Of a stretch of 64,000 nt of DNA, positions 58,383-64,000 are shown piece after piece. The position numbers and the translations under genes are program-made. The notes under the pieces are model-generated. The model was not told where the DNA came from and did no database searches. It worked only from the letters and a program-made list of their open reading frames with translations. Positions within the stretch are counted from its first letter, which is position 1; each line of letters opens with the position of its first letter. Origin of the DNA: an uncultured Gemmatimonadales bacterium (GTDB lineage: Bacteria; Gemmatimonadota; Gemmatimonadetes; Gemmatimonadales; Gemmatimonadaceae); assembly GCA_963701965.1 (NCBI GenBank), contig OY969695.1:2752001-2816000 (forward strand), given 5' to 3'.

Positions 58383-61046
58383 TTGCCTTGCCCCAGGTCG
58401 CACCCCAGCGACCGGAGCTCGTGCAACTGCCCGGCCGTCTCCACGCCTTCCGCGACCGTCTGCAAGTTCAACGTCTCGCCGAGCCCGATGATGGCCCGCG
58501 CCAACGCGGTGTCGGTCGTCGCATGCGTCACGACATCGACAAACGGTTTGGCGATCTTGAGCAGGTCGATCGGAAACCGTTTGAGATAGGAGAGCGACGA
58601 CGCCCCCATGCCGAAGTCGTCGAGCGCCAGCCGGATGCGGAGCGACTTGAGCGTGCGCAGCTGCGCCAGCATGACGTCCGTCTGCTGCATGAGCGCACTC
58701 TCCGTGATCTCCAGCACCAGCGATGTCGACGCCAGGGCGCTCTCCGTCAGCGCGAACCGCAGCGACTCGATCAAGCTCGGATGCTGGAGCTGATTCGCCG
58801 AGATGTTCACGGTGAGCAGCAGCGGCACATTGCGCGGATGCGCCAGCTGCCAGCGCTTGACCTGCTGGCACGCCTCCCAGAGCACCCATTGCCCGATGGG
58901 CACGATCAACCCCGTCTCTTCCGCCGCCGGAATGAACTCGCTCGGCGCCAACGTCCCGCGCCGCGGATGCTCCCAGCGGAGCAGCGCCTCCATGCCCGCG
59001 ACACACCCCGAGCGGAGATTGAGGATCGGCTGGTAGCGCAGCGAGAACTCGTCGCGCTCCACGGCAAGCCGCAGCTCCGTCTCGAGCTCCAGCCGTGCCA
59101 GCGTCTCGGCGTGCATGCTGGCCTCGAACAACTCGTGGCGCGCCTTCCCGTGCGCCTTGGCCTGATACATGGCCGTGTCCGCATTGCGCAGCAGATCCGA
59201 CGGGCTCAAGTCCGGCGTCGCCACCGCAATCCCGATGCTCGCCGATGTATGGACTTCTTTCCCTTCGACCAGCAGCGGTTGCCGCAGCGACGCCGTGATC
59301 CGCTCGGCGGCCAGCGCCGGCGCCATGGCCCCTGACGCATTCCTCCAACAAGATCGCGAACTCGTCGCCCCCCAATCGCGCCACCGTGTCGCTGGTGCGC
59401 ACCGCCTCGCACAAGCGCCGCGCCACCGCCGCCAGCAACTGGTCCGCCGGCAAGTGCCCGAGGCTGTCGTTGAACGCCTTGAAGTTGTCGAGATCGAGGA
59501 ACAACACCGCGACCGGATGGCGGCCCGACGCCGCCGGACCACCATATCGTCCCGTGATCGCCAGCGCATGGCTGACGCGATCGAGAAAGAGCGCCCGGTT
59601 GGCGAGGCCCGTCAGCGGATCGTGAAATGCCTGATGGACCAGCTGCGCTTCGAGCGATTTCCGTTCCGTGATGTCGCGCGTGTTGACGACCACCCCGCGG
59701 ACCGTCGGCTCGTGGACCAGATTCGTGCCCACCGCCTCGACGTACATCCACCGCCCGTCCCGGTGCCGAATCCGCCACTCGCTCGGCGTCGTCACGCCCG
59801 CCCGGAGCGCGGCCTCGGCGAACATCGCCTCGCCTCGCGCCACGTCGTCCGGATGGAGCAGCGCGGTGATCGGTTTGCCCTCGATGTCCCCGGTCGGATA
59901 CCCCAGGACGCGCGTCGCCGATGGGCTGCAGTACCGGACGATCCCGCCCGGCTCGACGATGACGATGACGTCCGACGAGTGCTGCACCAGCGAGCGAAAC
60001 CGCGCCTCGCCCTGGCGCGCCGCGCGCTCCGACACCAATCGCGCATTCTCGCGCACCGCGGTGATCTGCCGCATCACGATGAGCACCGCCACCAGAATCT
60101 CGCCCACGGCCAACATTGACCACGGCTGACCCGGCGCCTGGAACGCGTCCCGCAGCAACATTGCCGAACACAGCGTCAGCACCACGTACGGCAGGGGACT
60201 GAACGGCTGGACCTCGGCGTCCGTGACCGACTCCGCGTCGGCGGGCGCACCATTGGGGTCGATCGCCCAGCGATACAGTCCCCAGACCAGCAGCGCGTAC
60301 GCCAGCATGAACGTGAGATCCGTCCAGTTGATGCCGAACGGACCCACGCGTTTGAGCACGAGATCGTTGGCCAGATCGCTCAGCGTGAAGACCGCCACGC
60401 CCGTGAAGAAGAGCGTCCCCGCCAATGATCCGCGCGCCGGCAACCGGCGCAACAGCACGGTGGTGAGGCCCGCCAGCACGAGGATGCTGCCCAACGGGTA
60501 CAGGAACGTGATCACCGTCGCGACGACGCCCAGCTCGCCCTCGATCGCGGTCGGCACGACGACGAGCTGCCAGATGGCGATGCCGCCGCCGATCAAGACC
60601 GTCAGCGTGTCGTAGAAGAACTTCCGGCGCTCGATGCGCCGCCGATCCGCCAACGGCAGCGAGACGAGCCCCGCGACGAACAACGGGTACCAGCAGAGAT
60701 AGGGAAGGTTGACCCACCACGACGCCGTGTAGTCGCCGAGCTGGAAGACGTTGGTGTACAGGGCGGAGCACGCGTTGCCGATGAGCACGCAGACCCACGC
60801 CGTGCCGAACCACCGGGACGCCCGGCGCACCCTCTCGTCGCTGACCCGCGAGGCCGCGAACCACGCCATGAAACACGTGGCGACGTTCATCGGCAGGAAC
60901 GCCACGGCCGTGACGATCAATCGACGCCCGGAAAGGGCGGTCGACGTCGCGAACAGCACCGGATAAAGGACGGCCCAGGCAGTCGCCGCGACGGCCATCG
61001 CGCGGGCAATACCGAGGGACCGCCGGGGGTTGGCGTTCACGGTCAT
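58295..61046 (-). CDS. Membrane-bound PAS-GGDEF-EAL c-di-GMP enzyme, frameshifted near 59330
   Basis: TM N-terminus, PAS, HDPLTGLANR and GGDEF in ORF 58242-61127; NADTAMY, MEALLRW and DDFG in ORF 58295-59569. Confidence 0.88.
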
Positions 61047-61178
61047 TACGAGGAAGGACGCGCAGCCCGGGGCGATCGTTTCGGAAGTGTCAAATCGCTG
61101 TTGGCAACGTAAGCCCATGTGAAACAATTATTTGCACTGAAACCAGTGACGAACGGGCCGTCGCTTCGTGTGGAGAGT

Positions 61179-61763
61179 ATGCGTCTCGTCATCGAAGCTC
61201 CCGAACGACTCGCCATCCACGATTCGACTGCCGGTACCCGGGCACTCGGCGCGGCGCTCGTGCTCTGCGGCGCACTCTGTTCCGGCGTGGTCGGCGTGGG
61301 ATGCGCGGTCCTCGGACTGATACTCATAGTGTGCAGTGGCGAGCGCCGCGTGGTCATCGATCGGGCTGCGGGGATGGTCACCATCGACCGGTGGGAGTGG
61401 TCGTCGTGGAGCGGCCGGGCGTATCCCCTCGACGCGATCGCCGACATCATGCTCGAGGAGAGCGACGGCGAGGCGTCGACCGGACGCTTTCGCGTCGCTT
61501 TCGTGATGCAGGATGGCGAACACGTCCCTTGGAACCGCGCCTACTCGCGCGCCGCCGCGGGCGCGCGCCCGGCCGTGGAAGCCGTCCGGCGGTTCCTGGG
61601 TACCGCTACGCTTCCGCCGCCCCCTGCTCGGCGGCGAGCCCCAGACCAACCGCGCCACCAACGACGTCCTGGACGTACAACATTCTTGATCGCGACCAGG
61701 GCCGCGGCGAGTGGCGGCACGGCGATCACCACGTTGGATTCCAGGCCCCGAATGAGCAGGTAG
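61179..61763 (+). CDS. Hypothetical membrane protein
   Basis: Two TM segments then a beta-rich region; GGAG RBS. Confidence 0.55.
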   Translation: MRLVIEAPERLAIHDSTAGTRALGAALVLCGALCSGVVGVGCAVLGLILIVCSGERRVVIDRAAGMVTIDRWEWSSWSGRAYPLDAIADIMLEESDGEASTGRFRVAFVMQDGEHVPWNRAYSRAAAGARPAVEAVRRFLGTATLPPPPARRRAPDQPRHQRRPGRTTFLIATRAAASGGTAITTLDSRPRMSR

Positions 61764-61849
61764 ACGGCCAGCACCTCGGCGCCCTTTTGTGGCGAGTCGA
61801 GGATGCCGCGCGCATGCACCAGAATCGTGCCCGCGCGATAAATTCCGGT

Positions 61850-62962
61850 ATGACGACGCTCATTCCGGTCGAGATCGTCGACCCGGTCAACGCCCGCATT
61901 CTCGCTATTTCCGAGGATCGCCTGGCCGGATTTCAACGCGACCCGTTCGGGGCGATCGCCGAGCGCGCGGATGTCGCGTTGCCGATCGTGCTCGACCGGT
62001 TATGCGCGATGCTCGCCGCCGGGACGATCCGGCGGATACGCCAGACGATGATGGCGACCAACCTGGCGCCCGGGGCGCTCGTCGCCTGGAACGTGCCCGC
62101 CGCGCGGTTGGACGCGGCCTTCGACTACATGGTCGCGCAGGATCCCTTTTCTGGCCACGTCGTGATCCGGTCGACGGACGCCGACACGACCGGATCAGCC
62201 TACCGGTTGTGGACGACACTCAAAGTGCCGCAGGGCTACTCCATGGAGAAGCACTGCGCCTATTTGAGCGCGGAGACCGGCGCCGTCTCGTATCGCGTGA
62301 TGCCGGCCAAGCGGCTGTTCGCCTTGGGCGTCGGTCATGTCCGGCGCCGGACGATCGAACCGGGGAGCAAGAGCGACGAGCCCGGCGTGGTGTTGGACAC
62401 GAAGGTTGTCGAATTGTCGCCGCTGGAGTGGCGCGTGCTGGGCCCCCTCAAGCGCGAGTTCGCGGTCGACGAGATTCAGGCCGAGCCCTGGGCGCCGCGC
62501 GCCGCGGAGGCGGGCGTATCCCTCGAGGAGTTTTGTCGCGTCGCGGACCAGCTCAATGCCCGCGGGGTCGTGGGGCGCTTTTCCACTTTCCTTGAGCACG
62601 TCAAGCCGTCGAGCGCGGGCGTGCGCGTCACGCGGTATAACGCGCTCTTCCATTGGAGAGTCCCGCCGGGCCGCGAGATCGAGGCTGGCCAGGAGATCGG
62701 GCGCCATCATATTCTAACGCACGCGTATTGGCGGGAAGGTGGCCCCGAATTCGCCAACGTCAATCTCATGGCCGTGGCGCACGGGACTGACAAGGCGCTG
62801 GTTCTGGAGCACAAACTGGCTATAGACCGACACATGGACGCGGTCGGCATCCCCGTGTCGTACACGAATGTCTTCTGGGGCGGCCGCAGCGAGATCAAGC
62901 CTTCCGAGATTACCCCCGCCGCCTATGCGGCGTGGTGTCAAGAACGCGTCATCGACAGGTAA
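61850..62962 (+). CDS. Lrp/AsnC-like fused siroheme decarboxylase (AhbA/AhbB, NirDL type)
   Basis: Two repeats of PF..IA/PW...A + G.IRR + ALVAW.V/ALFHW.V; THAYWR and NLMAVAHG. Confidence 0.75.
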   Translation: MTTLIPVEIVDPVNARILAISEDRLAGFQRDPFGAIAERADVALPIVLDRLCAMLAAGTIRRIRQTMMATNLAPGALVAWNVPAARLDAAFDYMVAQDPFSGHVVIRSTDADTTGSAYRLWTTLKVPQGYSMEKHCAYLSAETGAVSYRVMPAKRLFALGVGHVRRRTIEPGSKSDEPGVVLDTKVVELSPLEWRVLGPLKREFAVDEIQAEPWAPRAAEAGVSLEEFCRVADQLNARGVVGRFSTFLEHVKPSSAGVRVTRYNALFHWRVPPGREIEAGQEIGRHHILTHAYWREGGPEFANVNLMAVAHGTDKALVLEHKLAIDRHMDAVGIPVSYTNVFWGGRSEIKPSEITPAAYAAWCQERVIDR

Positions 62963-63054
62963 CGCATGGGCTTGTAATCAACGAACTTCGGACGAAAGTT
63001 GTAGTACACAGCGAAGTATTACAATCGTTCACCTCGCCTCCAACCACATCGCCT

Positions 63055-64000
63055 ATGCGCAATCGCGTCTGCGTTCTTGGGTTGCTGATCCTTGCCGCGT
63101 GTTCGGATTCCAGCCCGCGCGTTCTCACCGACGGTGCCCTGACGGTCTCGAACGTCTCGATCTCATCGAATCCATTCAACGTCCTTTCGTTTCGTGTGGC
63201 ATTCGATGCGGTCAACGGAGATTCGGCCCGGGTGCTCTACATGGCGACGACCGACACGACGGGGGCGCTGGTGGATTCCGGTTCGACGCCGTGGCAGCAT
63301 GTGGCGCAGGGACCGAACCGTATCACCCCGCTCGGTCTCCTTCCCCATACCACCTACCATCTGACGTTGCAGGTGACTGGCAAGGGCGGCGCGATGCTCG
63401 AGCCAAAGTACAACGAAGCAACGGACTTTCTCCCGAGTGACCTGCTCACGGCCAAGATCGCGTGGACAGGCACGCCCGGCCCGGGATACACGCTGATCTC
63501 ACCGATCAACGTGGTGATTCCGCGCGCCTACGCGATGGCGTTCGACGGCCAGGGACGGGTGCGGTGGTACCGGCGATTCGACAACGTCTCGTCGCTGGAC
63601 GCGCAGATGCAGCGCAGCGGTCACATTACCGTCGGCCTCTCGCACATCACGCCCGACAGTCTGAACATCGGCCCGTTCGTCGAGATCTTGCCGAGCGGAG
63701 ACAGTCTCGCCACGTACAATGCCCCCGCCGGATATCTCACGGATACCCACGAGATCGTGGTAAGCGGGGATCCCGCCAACCAGATCGTGCAATTCTTCGC
63801 GTTCGACACCCTGCGCAACGTCGATCTGTCCGGGGTCGGCGGAGCCGCCAACGCCCCGATATTCGGCCACTCGCTGTTTCGGCAGACGGCGCAGGGGGCA
63901 CGGCTTTTTGCGTTCGATGCTTGGAATCACTTCGACGTCTCGGACGCGCTGGAGCCCGTCACCGCGGGCAGCGACTTCGACCATCCCAACGCCCTCTCGT
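63055..64000 (+). CDS. Aryl-sulfate sulfotransferase (ASST)-like lipoprotein; runs off the window
   Basis: Manual translation MRNRVCVLGLLILAAC..., NPFNVLS, LGLLPHTTY, FDGQGRVRWY, DTHE and DHPNALS. Confidence 0.75.
   Translation, partial: MRNRVCVLGLLILAACSDSSPRVLTDGALTVSNVSISSNPFNVLSFRVAFDAVNGDSARVLYMATTDTTGALVDSGSTPWQHVAQGPNRITPLGLLPHTTYHLTLQVTGKGGAMLEPKYNEATDFLPSDLLTAKIAWTGTPGPGYTLISPINVVIPRAYAMAFDGQGRVRWYRRFDNVSSLDAQMQRSGHITVGLSHITPDSLNIGPFVEILPSGDSLATYNAPAGYLTDTHEIVVSGDPANQIVQFFAFDTLRNVDLSGVGGAANAPIFGHSLFRQTAQGARLFAFDAWNHFDVSDALEPVTAGSDFDHPNALS

Overview
High-GC bacterial chromosomal segment. The gene content (TolB_N/TPR Ser/Thr kinase, several secreted S9 peptidases) suggests Gemmatimonadota; this is inference only. 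It contains about 55 CDS, including a Cof-HAD/transaldolase fusion, a LytS/LytTR pair, a lower-GC fic gene, tRNA-Phe with a ~1.3 kb vapBC mini-island bounded by a degenerate copy of the tRNA 3' half, a large PKD lipoprotein, a peptidase/GH2/ggt/arginase block, a hopanoid cluster (hpnJ-hpnI divergent from hpnL-sqs-shc-hpnG-hpnA-ispH-hpnH-hpnB), ada, copCD, fdhD, a DNA-repair-type radical SAM gene, a PAS-GGDEF-EAL gene and an ahbAB-like gene. The main discovery is two paralogous non-coding cassettes (43332-43654 minus; 52484-52774 plus). Each has an 84-nt tRNA with a full tRNA-Leu body but a non-Leu anticodon (GAC/Val and CGC/Ala). Each tRNA is surrounded by conserved cis-antisense elements: a leader complementary to the D arm, a 12-bp leader/trailer clamp, and a downstream 14-16 nt anti-anticodon box that co-varies with its own anticodon arm, followed by a terminator-like hairpin. 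This looks like a self-masked, switchable mistranslating-tRNA system next to DNA-damage genes. Several single-base frameshifts suggest indel errors in the assembly.
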